Position numbers and translations under genes: made by a program. From the NCBI GenBank assembly GCA_963668675.2, contig CAXXMB010000002.1, positions 3,008,001 through 3,072,000 on the forward strand: DNA of 64,000 bases, given 5' to 3'. Positions 8,910-18,437 of the stretch are shown piece by piece; position 1 is the first letter of the stretch, and every line of letters begins with the position of its first letter. Under the pieces are notes generated by a model that saw only the letters and a program-made list of their open reading frames with translations, was not told the origin of the DNA and searched no databases. This DNA is from an uncultured Desulfatitalea sp. (GTDB lineage: Bacteria; Desulfobacterota; Desulfobacteria; Desulfobacterales; Desulfosarcinaceae).

Positions 8910-11180
8910 TCAGCTGCGAAACTTGATCAGCTTTATGCCCTCATCCACCCACTCCGTAATGTGCCGGGCCTGGGCGCGGTACTGCCGGTCGTTCTTCAAC
9001 CGCCCGAACGTCTCTTCCTGGGTCTTGATCGTCTCCAGTAGCGCCACATCCGCCATGGTGCCCAGGCTGCCAACGCCGCGCAGGGCCACCCTAAGGTTTT
9101 GCAGAAGCGCCCCCATGCAGTTGGAGCTCTCCTTTTGCCCGTAGACGGCAGAGGTGGGGTCGCCATACTCATAGGCGGCCGAGCGCAGAATGGCCGTCCC
9201 TGTTTCGCCGCCCACCAGCGATAGAAAAATATAGAGTTCCCTTTCCAGATTGAGCAGCAGGGCGGCAGGGATACGCTGCCCGCTGGTCTCGCCGATCTGC
9301 AGGGCCTCCATCAGTCTCTTGTGAATGGTCTGGACTTTGGTTGAGAAGGCCTCGTGCTCCTTTTCGATACGCCAGGCGGCATATTGGGCCATGATGGCAT
9401 CGATCTGGTGACGGCTCAGGACAATGTCTTCGGGGGTAATGTCGTAGTCGGTCATCGACTTGTCGCTGTGCATGATCAGATTGGCCAGCATAATGGCCTT
9501 GTTATCCGAAAATTGAACAACCGCCGGATCGACGGTCAGATCTTCGAGCAGTATTTTCAGGGCCCGTTTAGGCTGATTCATCTGGGTGGTCAACCCCTGA
9601 AGCGCATTGAGAAAAGCGGCGCGGTCCTGGGGAACCACCACATCTTTCATGTGGTGCCAGAGGAATTGGAATATCTTCTGCTCGTATTGCCGGAACAGGG
9701 GCACCGCTTCGGCGAAAGCGCTCTTCTTGAAACGCCCCTCGACACTGAAACACGCCTTCAGCTTTCTGACCAGTGCTTCGGCTTCATCCTGGCCGATGCG
9801 GAAGTCTTTGGCCAGAATTTGATAGTCGCGTACCGTGAAGCTGATCGGGTGGTTCACCATGCCGACCATCTTTTTGCGGGTGGCCGAGCGCCCCTTGTAA
9901 AAGGAGACCATGCGATAGATGCGGCTGTCGACCGCTTCCCGTGGAGGGGTTTTGCCTGCGGTGCGTTCGGCGCCCGTGTCCTGCACCACATGGATGTCGT
10001 CGATGACATGGTCTTTTACCTGATCGAGCCGGGCCTGCAGGTTGCCGAGCAGCTCTTTAGTCAGATGGGTCTCTTGCGCTTTTTTGCCTGCTGCGTGGAG
10101 CAGATCCGAAGAGAGATGCAAGCGTTCACCCAGCAAGGGCGTGTTGATTCTGGCAAAATCGTCGGCATAGACGCTTTTGATCATTTTGGCCACTTTTTGG
10201 GGTGAGGCGCTGGCCATCTCCATTGCCAACTGGGCGACGTGAACCTTTTCGGGCGAGACCTCCTGGGCTTCGGATTCGCCGAGAAGCCACTTCACATTGT
10301 TGAGTTCCACCGGAGGTGACTTTAGCTGCGCACGCACCTTGGGCAGCTCCAGGGCCGCGTTGTAGACACCGGCATATCGTTTGACGGCCGAGGCCGCGGC
10401 CTGCTGGCGCAGCCAACGGTCGACCTTGTCGACCATCGTCTCCATAGATTTTGAACTGAGGCGATTCAAACCGGCCACCAAGGTGAGGTTAGGGTCCGGG
10501 AAGAGGTTTTCATCGTTGATCAGGGGAATTGTCAACCGGTTGCCCTGGGCATCGATCGAGATGGCGCTGCCGGTCTGGCGCGCCTCCCGAAAACCGGCCA
10601 GGATTTTCAGGCAGATCCGGTAGTCGGGCAGATCGCCCGAGAGGTGGTCGGAGAGGCGCACGTAGATGTTGTTGACCCCGTAATCGGCGAACAGGGTATA
10701 GGCTTCGATCAGCTGATCAGGCAACTTGGACAGCTTGGCACTGTTTCGGCGTGCCACGTTGGGGGCGATGATGGCGTCGACAGCATGATGCCCGAAGACC
10801 ACTTCGTAATCGTATTTTTCCGGGATGTCGGCGTCGCCTGGGGCCCCGCGATAGCGAATCAGCATGCATCCCAGATGGCCGGGGGTATGGGCCAGTTTGG
10901 CCAATATCGCAGACAACTGTTCGAACACTTTGGATTCATGGCTGATGCCGGTGGAGAAGCGCTCATCTCCCAGGTAGCGACTGAGCAGCCAGGTGGCCCT
11001 CACCATCAGGATGCGGACTGCGTCGTGGCGCTTCTGCTCGACCAGCAGACTGTGGGCCAGATTGTCCACTCCCGTCATGGAGGAGAACGATTCGTGGGCT
11101 TGCAGGCCTCCAAACTCTTCGAAGAGGCGTTGGGCTTCCGGGTCGAGTTCAACGTTTTTGTTATCATCCATCGTGGTCAT
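8910..11180 (-). CDS. Hypothetical protein, 756 aa, soluble
   Basis: Long ORF with protein-like composition and a GGAG SD. No motif recognised. Confidence 0.8.
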   Translation of the reverse strand: MTTMDDNKNVELDPEAQRLFEEFGGLQAHESFSSMTGVDNLAHSLLVEQKRHDAVRILMVRATWLLSRYLGDERFSTGISHESKVFEQLSAILAKLAHTPGHLGCMLIRYRGAPGDADIPEKYDYEVVFGHHAVDAIIAPNVARRNSAKLSKLPDQLIEAYTLFADYGVNNIYVRLSDHLSGDLPDYRICLKILAGFREARQTGSAISIDAQGNRLTIPLINDENLFPDPNLTLVAGLNRLSSKSMETMVDKVDRWLRQQAAASAVKRYAGVYNAALELPKVRAQLKSPPVELNNVKWLLGESEAQEVSPEKVHVAQLAMEMASASPQKVAKMIKSVYADDFARINTPLLGERLHLSSDLLHAAGKKAQETHLTKELLGNLQARLDQVKDHVIDDIHVVQDTGAERTAGKTPPREAVDSRIYRMVSFYKGRSATRKKMVGMVNHPISFTVRDYQILAKDFRIGQDEAEALVRKLKACFSVEGRFKKSAFAEAVPLFRQYEQKIFQFLWHHMKDVVVPQDRAAFLNALQGLTTQMNQPKRALKILLEDLTVDPAVVQFSDNKAIMLANLIMHSDKSMTDYDITPEDIVLSRHQIDAIMAQYAAWRIEKEHEAFSTKVQTIHKRLMEALQIGETSGQRIPAALLLNLERELYIFLSLVGGETGTAILRSAAYEYGDPTSAVYGQKESSNCMGALLQNLRVALRGVGSLGTMADVALLETIKTQEETFGRLKNDRQYRAQARHITEWVDEGIKLIKFRS

Positions 11181-11228
11181 TACTCCATTAACCGCACGTC
11201 CTTATCGACGGGTGCAACAATATGGTAC

Positions 11229-12593
11229 TTAGGGCACATCGAACCGGGCGGCTTCGGCCCGGCCCTTCTCCTCATCCACAAAGTAGAGCAGGATGGCGCC
11301 GATCAGGAACAGCACCAGTACGGCAATGATGCTGGTCCGCGTGGCCAGCAGGCTGGTGTTCACCATCTGTTCGAGTGTGGGGTTTTGCGGAAGCAGCAGT
11401 CGTTTTACGGCGAGGCCGGTGAGCCCCATGAGCGCCGGCCCCATGATGGCGGCAAACTTGCCAAGCATGTTATAGAAGCCGAAAAATTCGGCACTCTGTC
11501 GATGAGGGATGAAGCGGGCGTAGTAGGAACGACTCAGTGCCTGGATGCCGCCCTGGACGAGGCCTATGGCGCCGGCCAGAACATAGAATTCGGAGACCCG
11601 GGTCATGTTGGCCCCCCAGATGGTCACCAGCACATAGACGCCCAGCGCCAGATAGATCGAGCGGCGCACTCCCCAATATCTTCCCAGTTGCCCGAAAAGC
11701 AGGGCCGATGGAAAGGCGATGAACTGGGTAACGAGAAATGCGCCGATGAGGTCCTTGAATTCAAAACCCAAGGACATGCCGAAATCGACCGCCATTTTGA
11801 TGATCGTATCCACGCCGTCGATGTAGCACCAGTAAGCGAGCAGAAAGAGAAAGGCGGTCTTCAGTTGCCGTATCTTTTTGAAAGTACCGATCAGCTGCCG
11901 CCAGCCCGAGGTGATCTGTTCGGTCAGGGCTGGGCGCGGTCCTGACGGGTCGGTAGGGATCCAGGCAAAGGTGATCAGGGCAAACAGCCCCCACCAGATC
12001 GCAACGCTGGCAAAGCAGAGGCGCACGGCCAGAGCTGAATCGGCAATGCCGAACAGGTGGGGTTTCTGGGCCATGATGACGTTGAGCACCAGAAGAATAC
12101 CGCCCCCCAGGTAACCCAACGAGTAGCCGAGGCTGGAGACCTGGTCGAGGCGCTCCGTGGGCGCGATTTGAGGCAGGAGTGCGTCGTAGAAGACGATGGC
12201 GCCGGCAAAGCCGATGTAGGCGACCGCGTAACAGAGCAAGGCTGTCATCCACTGACCCTGGGGAATGAAGGCCAGGCCGGCGGTCAGCAGGACTCCCAGA
12301 TAGGTGAATCCGACGAGAAAGCGTTTTCGCCGGCCGCTCCGGTCTGCAATGGCGCCCAGGACCGGGGCTATCAAGGCGACCAGCAGGCTGGCGGCTGCGC
12401 TGCCCAACCCCAGGCGGGCAGTGCTGACGTTGACATCCACACCGTGGCTCCACACCTGTTTGAAAAATCCGGGGAAGAAGACCCCCATCACTGTGGTAGC
12501 GAATGCGGAGTTGGCCCAGTCATAAAGGGCCCAACCCCAAATGGTCCGCCGCCCGTGTTCGGCTTGCACCTGCCCGTGATGTTGGTCTTCCAC
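11229..12593 (-). CDS. MFS transporter (UMF1/Atg22-like)
   Basis: WALYDWANSAF, GAIADRSGRRK and ALSRSYY...EFFGFY motifs, about 12 hydrophobic segments, AAGGAG SD before the GTG start. Confidence 0.9.
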   Translation of the reverse strand: MEDQHHGQVQAEHGRRTIWGWALYDWANSAFATTVMGVFFPGFFKQVWSHGVDVNVSTARLGLGSAAASLLVALIAPVLGAIADRSGRRKRFLVGFTYLGVLLTAGLAFIPQGQWMTALLCYAVAYIGFAGAIVFYDALLPQIAPTERLDQVSSLGYSLGYLGGGILLVLNVIMAQKPHLFGIADSALAVRLCFASVAIWWGLFALITFAWIPTDPSGPRPALTEQITSGWRQLIGTFKKIRQLKTAFLFLLAYWCYIDGVDTIIKMAVDFGMSLGFEFKDLIGAFLVTQFIAFPSALLFGQLGRYWGVRRSIYLALGVYVLVTIWGANMTRVSEFYVLAGAIGLVQGGIQALSRSYYARFIPHRQSAEFFGFYNMLGKFAAIMGPALMGLTGLAVKRLLLPQNPTLEQMVNTSLLATRTSIIAVLVLFLIGAILLYFVDEEKGRAEAARFDVP

Positions 12594-12777
12594 TTTGATT
12601 CTCCTTGAAAAAGCACTCCGGGGTCACTATTCTGAAAGAGCATCTCATGGTTGCCTGCTCCGTGCTCCGTTCAGTGCGAAAATCGTATCGAGGGCGATAT
12701 TAGCATGATTTCCGGCATATGTCTCGGCCTACCCGATCCGCCGACCGTTTTGCCAAACGAGGAAAGGCGTCCGACGC

Positions 12778-15700
12778 ATGCAAGTGCATCCCTGCCAAGA
12801 ATCGCCGCAGTCAGCGGCCTGCGAGTTCGATACCCATTTTAAGGTTTTCCATGAACTCATGGCCGGCAAGGTTCTCGATATTCTGCTCGTGGCCAGCGCC
12901 TATGATGCCTATATCCTCGAAGAGGATGGTTCTCTGGCATCCAAAATTATAAATGAATACAGGGGGCTCAATCTAAGCAAGCCGCCTCGCATCACCCGGG
13001 TGGAGACCGCCCGAAAAGCGTTCGGGGCCATCGAGACGGACCGGTTCGATCTGGTCATCGTGATGCCGCTGTGGGATGACATGGATCCCTTCGATCTGGG
13101 GCTCTCGGTCAAACGCCGGGTTCCCGATCTGCCGGTGATCATTCTCTCCCATACCCTCGACGGTCTCTATCCGATGCCGGCCGGCAAGGATACTTCGGGA
13201 GTGGATCAGATATTCATCTGGACAGGGGATGCGGACCTCCTGCTGGCCATCGTGAAGAGTGTGGAGGATCGCATCAATGTGGCTCGTGACACAGAACGGG
13301 CCCATGTGCGCATCCTCATTCTGGTGGAGGATTCGCCCCTGTACCGCTCCTTTTTTCTTCCGATGATCTATAAGGAAGTCGTGCATCAGACCCAGGCGGT
13401 GTTGGAAGAGAGCCTCAACGAGGAGCACCGGCTGCTCAAGATGCGGGCCCGCCCCAAGATCCTGGTGGCCGAAAACATGGAGGCCGCCCAGGACCTTTTT
13501 GAACGGTACAAGGCCTATCTGTTCGGTGTGATTTCGGACACGCGTTTTCCCTGCAACGGTCAGTTGTGCGACGACGCCGGCTACCGGCTGTTGAAATTGG
13601 TCAAGGAGCAGATCCCCGACTTGCCGATCCTGCTGCTCAGCTCCCAGCCCGAGAATCGAGCAAAGGCGGACAGGCTGGCCGCCCACTTCGTGGACAAGAA
13701 TGCCCGGGACCTTTTCGAACAGCTGCACGACTTTTTCCTGGATGAGTTGGGATTCGGCGATTTCATCTTTCGCCAAGCCGACGGCAGCGAGGTGGCCAGG
13801 GCCTCCGATCTGCGCCAGCTGGAGATCATTCTGCCCGCCATACCGGATGAACCCCTGTGCTATCACGCCTCCCGAAACCGGTTTTCAAACTGGATCATGG
13901 CAAGATCGGAGATCGAACTGGCATCACGCCTGCGCCGCGTCAGGATCTCCGATTTTCCGGACACCCATTCGTTGCGGGATTATCTCATCGCCAGCATTCA
14001 CAGCCTTCGCCAATGGCGGCAGAAGGGGGTGGTGATTCAGTTCAAGGCTCGGAACTTCGACCCCCAGATGGCCGACTTCGCCAAAATCGGCAACGGGTCA
14101 TTGGGCGGTAAAGCGCGCGGGTTGGCCTTTGCCTCCCACCTGCTGCGCCAGTCGCCCGATCTGATCAACCGGTTTCCCGATATCGCCATCCAGGTCCCCA
14201 CCACACTGGTCATTACCACCGAAGGATTCGATCGGTTCGTCCAATCCAACCGGCTCGACAATTTGCCGCTTGAACGAATGGAGAATGGCCGGATCGAGGC
14301 CGCCTTTGTGAAGGGCCGTATGCCCCGAGACATCAGGTCCGATTTGAGCGCCTATCTTGGAGCTGCCCGTTTCCCTTTGGCCATACGGTCGTCCAGCCTG
14401 CTGGAGGATGCCCGCCACAACCCGGCCACCGGTCTCTATCGAACCTATATGCTGCCCAATGACCACCCGGACAAGGGTGTCCGTCTGGCCCAGCTGACCG
14501 ATGCGGTCAAACGGGTGCTGGCTTCGAGCTGGTTCGACCTGCCGCGGCGCTTTACCCGGGGCACCGCTTTTGCCCATCGGCGAGAGCAGATGGCAGTGAT
14601 GATCCAACAGGTGGTCGGGAGACACCATGGCGGATTTTTCTACCCGGCCCTTTCGGGCGTGGCCCGTTCACACAACTACTATCCCTTCGGCCCCATTCGT
14701 CCGGAAGACGGCATGGCTGAAATAGCGCTGGGTTTTGGCCGTGCAGGTGACAAGGGAGTCCGTTTCTGTCCACTCTATCCGGAACTGCTGCCCGCTTTTT
14801 CAAAGGTCGAGGAGATCCTGGAGAATGCCCAGACCGATTTCCATGCATTGCCGATTCAGATGCCTGGAGGCGGGCCAGGTCTATATGAGGCCGGGGCCCT
14901 TGAGCGACGCAGTGTGGCGGATGCGTTGAATGAGCCGCCGGTGAGGGGGGTGTGCAGCACCTATGTCCCGGATGAGCATCGGTTGCGTGATTCGGCAGTT
15001 GCCGACGGCCATCGGGTGGTGACCTTTGCATCCATATTGAAGCATCGGCTCTTTCCCCTGGCCGATCTGCTGACCGGACTGCTGGAGGTCGGGCGGCGGG
15101 AGATGGGCTGCCCCGTGGAACTGGAGTTTGCTGTAGTTCTTAACGAAGGGGCCGGGCGTCCGGGGCAGTTCAACCTGCTTCAACTGCGGCCCATGCCGGT
15201 GGCCGGAGACCCCTACGATCTCCTGGTGACCGATGAGGAGAAGGCCCGGGCGCTCTGCTACGCCACACACGCCTTGGGAAACGGCCGCTTCGATAAAATA
15301 GCCGATATCGTCTATGTGCGGCCTGATGCGTTCGATCCGGCCCGTACGGTTGAGATGGTTGCTGAAATCAGTAAGATCAACTCACGCCTCAAAGCCGACC
15401 TGCGGCCCTATCTGCTGATCGGCCCCGGCAGATGGGGCTCATTTGACCGATGGCTGGGTATACCGGTCAAGTGGAACCATATTGACGGTGTCGGTGCCAT
15501 GGTCGAGCTGCGCACCGGGCAACTTAAGGCGGACCCCTCACAAGGCTCTCATTTTTTTCACCAGATCACCGCCCTGAACATTCCCTACCTGACCATCACC
15601 GAGGAGGGCCCCGACCGTCTCGACCGGAAGCGTTTGAACACCCTGACGACGGTTTGGGAGGGCGCCTATCTCCGACACGCGCGCACAGGGCCCCCGCTGC

Positions 15701-15780
15701 TCGTCAAGTGCGACGGTCGCCGATCCGAATGCGTCATCTTAATTGGAAACGCTGACAGACTCGGCGGCCGCTTTGTCTGA
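12778..15780 (+). CDS. Receiver-domain / PEP-synthase (PPDK_N ATP-grasp)-like protein
   Basis: Two REC-like N-terminal domains, GSLGGKARGL, AIRSSSLLED, MAVMIQQVVG, ELEFA, LLQLRPM and a C-terminal PSQGSHFF. Confidence 0.85.
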   Translation: MQVHPCQESPQSAACEFDTHFKVFHELMAGKVLDILLVASAYDAYILEEDGSLASKIINEYRGLNLSKPPRITRVETARKAFGAIETDRFDLVIVMPLWDDMDPFDLGLSVKRRVPDLPVIILSHTLDGLYPMPAGKDTSGVDQIFIWTGDADLLLAIVKSVEDRINVARDTERAHVRILILVEDSPLYRSFFLPMIYKEVVHQTQAVLEESLNEEHRLLKMRARPKILVAENMEAAQDLFERYKAYLFGVISDTRFPCNGQLCDDAGYRLLKLVKEQIPDLPILLLSSQPENRAKADRLAAHFVDKNARDLFEQLHDFFLDELGFGDFIFRQADGSEVARASDLRQLEIILPAIPDEPLCYHASRNRFSNWIMARSEIELASRLRRVRISDFPDTHSLRDYLIASIHSLRQWRQKGVVIQFKARNFDPQMADFAKIGNGSLGGKARGLAFASHLLRQSPDLINRFPDIAIQVPTTLVITTEGFDRFVQSNRLDNLPLERMENGRIEAAFVKGRMPRDIRSDLSAYLGAARFPLAIRSSSLLEDARHNPATGLYRTYMLPNDHPDKGVRLAQLTDAVKRVLASSWFDLPRRFTRGTAFAHRREQMAVMIQQVVGRHHGGFFYPALSGVARSHNYYPFGPIRPEDGMAEIALGFGRAGDKGVRFCPLYPELLPAFSKVEEILENAQTDFHALPIQMPGGGPGLYEAGALERRSVADALNEPPVRGVCSTYVPDEHRLRDSAVADGHRVVTFASILKHRLFPLADLLTGLLEVGRREMGCPVELEFAVVLNEGAGRPGQFNLLQLRPMPVAGDPYDLLVTDEEKARALCYATHALGNGRFDKIADIVYVRPDAFDPARTVEMVAEISKINSRLKADLRPYLLIGPGRWGSFDRWLGIPVKWNHIDGVGAMVELRTGQLKADPSQGSHFFHQITALNIPYLTITEEGPDRLDRKRLNTLTTVWEGAYLRHARTGPPLLVKCDGRRSECVILIGNADRLGGRFV

Positions 15781-15862
15781 CGGGCGCCACTTGCCGTGCC
15801 TCCCCCTCTCTTTTGCCAACAACAAGATCTTGTATGTCCGAGGCCGGGGGAGTCGCAAAAAC

Positions 15863-15893
15863 GGCTAAAGGTGCCGTATCAAATGGACGATAT
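15863..15893 (+). promoter_or_regulatory. Putative sigma-28 (FliA)-type promoter
   Basis: GGCTAAAG (15863-15870) and GACGATAT (15886-15893), i.e. TAAA-N16-GACGATAT against the consensus TAAA-N15-GCCGATAA. Confidence 0.5.
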
Positions 15894-15971
15894 TATGGTA
15901 GCGTCGCCCATTGAGTTGGATCTTTTTCCAAAGCGGCAGGCGACGGCATCAACTAAGGGAGGCGTTTTATT

Positions 15972-16118
15972 ATGAAAAAGAGAGAGATTATTTTTTTCGA
16001 CGAGCTTGGCTTTGGTTGGGTTGTCGATAAAGCCATTATTCAAATGATCCATGAAAGCACCGCCGACAAAGAGGTTATTGTTGAGAAGACCCTGGCCGAT
16101 CTGTTGGGACGACCATAA
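15972..16118 (+). CDS. Small hypothetical protein, 48 aa (below the ORF-track cutoff)
   Basis: GGGAGG SD 9 nt before the ATG. Translation: MKKREIIFFDELGFGWVVDKAIIQMIHESTADKEVIVEKTLADLLGRP*. Confidence 0.6.
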   Translation: MKKREIIFFDELGFGWVVDKAIIQMIHESTADKEVIVEKTLADLLGRP

Positions 16119-16424
16119 CCCTGATATCGCGTTTCCCCCCTGCACCTGCCGCCTGTCCCCCGCTTCCTATCACCGTTGGATCGCATTGCCTGTCAAAGTG
16201 CGTTGACAGCAGCCGGTGAGGTATCTTTTTCCTTGCAAAATTTGTTCGTTTCGTTAGAAGTGGTTTCATAACCTCCGCTCGGGTACCATCATTGCGGCGG
16301 GGTGCGCGCGCCGCACCCTCCCGCCATGCCTGCCCCGCACTGTTTTTGCGGGGATCTCGAACCCAATCGACAAAGGCCCCGAGGATTTATCGAAAAGGCG
16401 TTAACCATTTTCAAGAGATGGCTG

Positions 16425-16850
16425 ATGAAACGCAGACCTTTTTACAGCTCCATGGTATTGATTCTCATCTGTATCGGTTTCTCCCGCGCCGATGCGGCCG
16501 ACAACAGTCTGGCCGCTCGGGAAAAGCCGTTTCAACTCGTGCGTGCTGCCATGTGCGAATCGATCGAAAGCTATGAACCGCGGTATGTCGCCGCAGCGTT
16601 TCCCATCCACATCGGAAAAATCTCCTGCTTTACCGCTTTCGAAGGCGTTTCGGAAACAACCTACATCCATCATAAGTGGTATCGGCGCGATGAGTTGGTG
16701 ACGGCCAAGCGACTGACCCTCAAGCCGCCCAGTTGGTCGACATATAGCAGCATCCAACTGCGTGAAGATGACCTGGGTCCTTGGCGTGTCGAGATATGGA
16801 ACGCCGAGGAGCAATTGGTCAAAACCCTGCGGTTCAGTGTTATCAATTGA
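16425..16850 (+). CDS. Exported DUF2914-like beta-sandwich protein
   Basis: Signal peptide MKRRPFYSSMVLILICIGFSRADA, then ISCFT...IHHKWY...WSTYSS...GPWRVEI. Confidence 0.72.
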   Translation: MKRRPFYSSMVLILICIGFSRADAADNSLAAREKPFQLVRAAMCESIESYEPRYVAAAFPIHIGKISCFTAFEGVSETTYIHHKWYRRDELVTAKRLTLKPPSWSTYSSIQLREDDLGPWRVEIWNAEEQLVKTLRFSVIN

Positions 16851-16962
16851 ACCGGGACCATTCATGATCCCATAGAAGAACGCCACATTTCGGGCCGGTG
16901 CTCAACGCAGGCAAGTCAGCCATGGTCCGGTCCATGCGATGGTGTTTAGCGGCTGCGACGAG

Positions 16963-18402
16963 ATGAACTCCCTATACGCTTTTTTACAATCGATTCGATG
17001 GCAGGACTTTGTTGATGTCCTTCTGAACAGCTATATCCTGTTTCGTCTCTATGTGCTGTTCCGGGGCACCAACGTCATTCGTGTGCTGGTCGGTATTGCG
17101 CTGCTGTGGATATTCCAGCGGATGGCGGTTGCCCTTGGATTGATCGTCACCAGTTGGGCCATGCAGGGCATTATCGCCGGTGCGGCGCTGATCATCGTCA
17201 TCGTGTTTCGCAATGAGATCCGTAATGTGCTGCAGGCCAAGAACCTGAGGGCCCTCTTATGGGATTTTCCCCAAAAGGCGGTCCGCACCCCCATCGACAG
17301 CATCGTGGAGGGGGTTTACGAACTGGCACGCACCCGGACCGGAGCGTTGATCGTGATCCCGGGCAAAGAGGATCTGGATGAGGCGGTTCAGGGGGGGGTG
17401 ACATGGGACGGCCTCATCTCCAAAGAGATGCTTCTGTCGATTTTCTACAACGGCAACCCTGTGCATGACGGTGCCGCCATTCTCCAGGGCCATCGTGTGA
17501 AACGGGTGGGGGCCATTTTGCCGTTGAGTCTTCGGGATGATCTGCCTCAGTTCTATGGTACGCGCCACCGCGCGGCCGCGGGACTTTCCGAGCAGTCCGA
17601 TGCGCTGGTCATCGTGGTCTCCGAGGAGCGTGGACAGGTGGTCGTTGCCCAGGGGCAGTCGTTCACCTCCATCTATGACAATCTGACACTCAAGAAAATC
17701 CTTGCAGCGCATCTGGGCGTTGGTGGTGAGGAGGATCAAGGCATACAGCGTGACCGCAGGGAGATGATCGTCGCTGCGATGATTTGCCTTTTCTGCATGG
17801 CCGGCGTCTGGTTCAGTATCGCCAAGGGAATGGAGACGCTGACCAGTGTCGAGGTACCGCTGGAGTATCTGAACCGGGATGCGGGGATGCAGATCATTTC
17901 AACATCGGTCAATACGGTGCGGTTGCACTTGAGCGGATCGGGCGCCTTGATCGGATCGTTGCGGCCCGAACAGGTCAAGGCCAAGCTCGATTTGAGCAAA
18001 GCGGTCAACGGGCAGAATCTTTTTTCCCTCACCAAAGAGAATATCGTCCTGCCGCCGGGAGTGCGTCTCAACCGGATCGAACCGCCTGAAGTTCAGGTGG
18101 CCCTTGATGTGCCAACCAAGAAGGAGTTGCCTGTTCAGGTGGACTGGGTCGGCTCCTTGCCCAAGGGGCTGATTCTCGAAAGTGTCACTGTTGCCCCGAA
18201 CCGCGTCGTCATGATCGGAGCGAAGGAGGCATTGGACCGGACCAGCACCCTCTATACCGAAAAGGTGAAGCTGGATCGCATTGACGCATCCGGTCAACTT
18301 GCCGTCGCACTGGCGCCAAAGCCAGGCGTTCGGATAGGTGCAGATGGCCCGTCGGATGGCCGGGTGACGATTCGCTTTGCCATTGGCCGCAGGGGCGATT
18401 AA
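16963..18402 (+). CDS. dacA: Diadenylate cyclase CdaA fused to CdaR/YbbR-like domains
   Basis: Three N-terminal TM segments, DAC motifs HDGA, GTRHRAA and VSEERG, a fourth TM segment, then two YbbR-like beta repeats. Confidence 0.88.
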   Translation: MNSLYAFLQSIRWQDFVDVLLNSYILFRLYVLFRGTNVIRVLVGIALLWIFQRMAVALGLIVTSWAMQGIIAGAALIIVIVFRNEIRNVLQAKNLRALLWDFPQKAVRTPIDSIVEGVYELARTRTGALIVIPGKEDLDEAVQGGVTWDGLISKEMLLSIFYNGNPVHDGAAILQGHRVKRVGAILPLSLRDDLPQFYGTRHRAAAGLSEQSDALVIVVSEERGQVVVAQGQSFTSIYDNLTLKKILAAHLGVGGEEDQGIQRDRREMIVAAMICLFCMAGVWFSIAKGMETLTSVEVPLEYLNRDAGMQIISTSVNTVRLHLSGSGALIGSLRPEQVKAKLDLSKAVNGQNLFSLTKENIVLPPGVRLNRIEPPEVQVALDVPTKKELPVQVDWVGSLPKGLILESVTVAPNRVVMIGAKEALDRTSTLYTEKVKLDRIDASGQLAVALAPKPGVRIGADGPSDGRVTIRFAIGRRGD

Positions 18403-18437
18403 TACCCACGGGCCTCCCCCCCCCACCATCTTATCGA

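Noticed and set aside
15879..16145. 88-aa minus-strand ORF
   Set aside because: It is antisense to the 48-aa ORF, which has the better SD and promoter.
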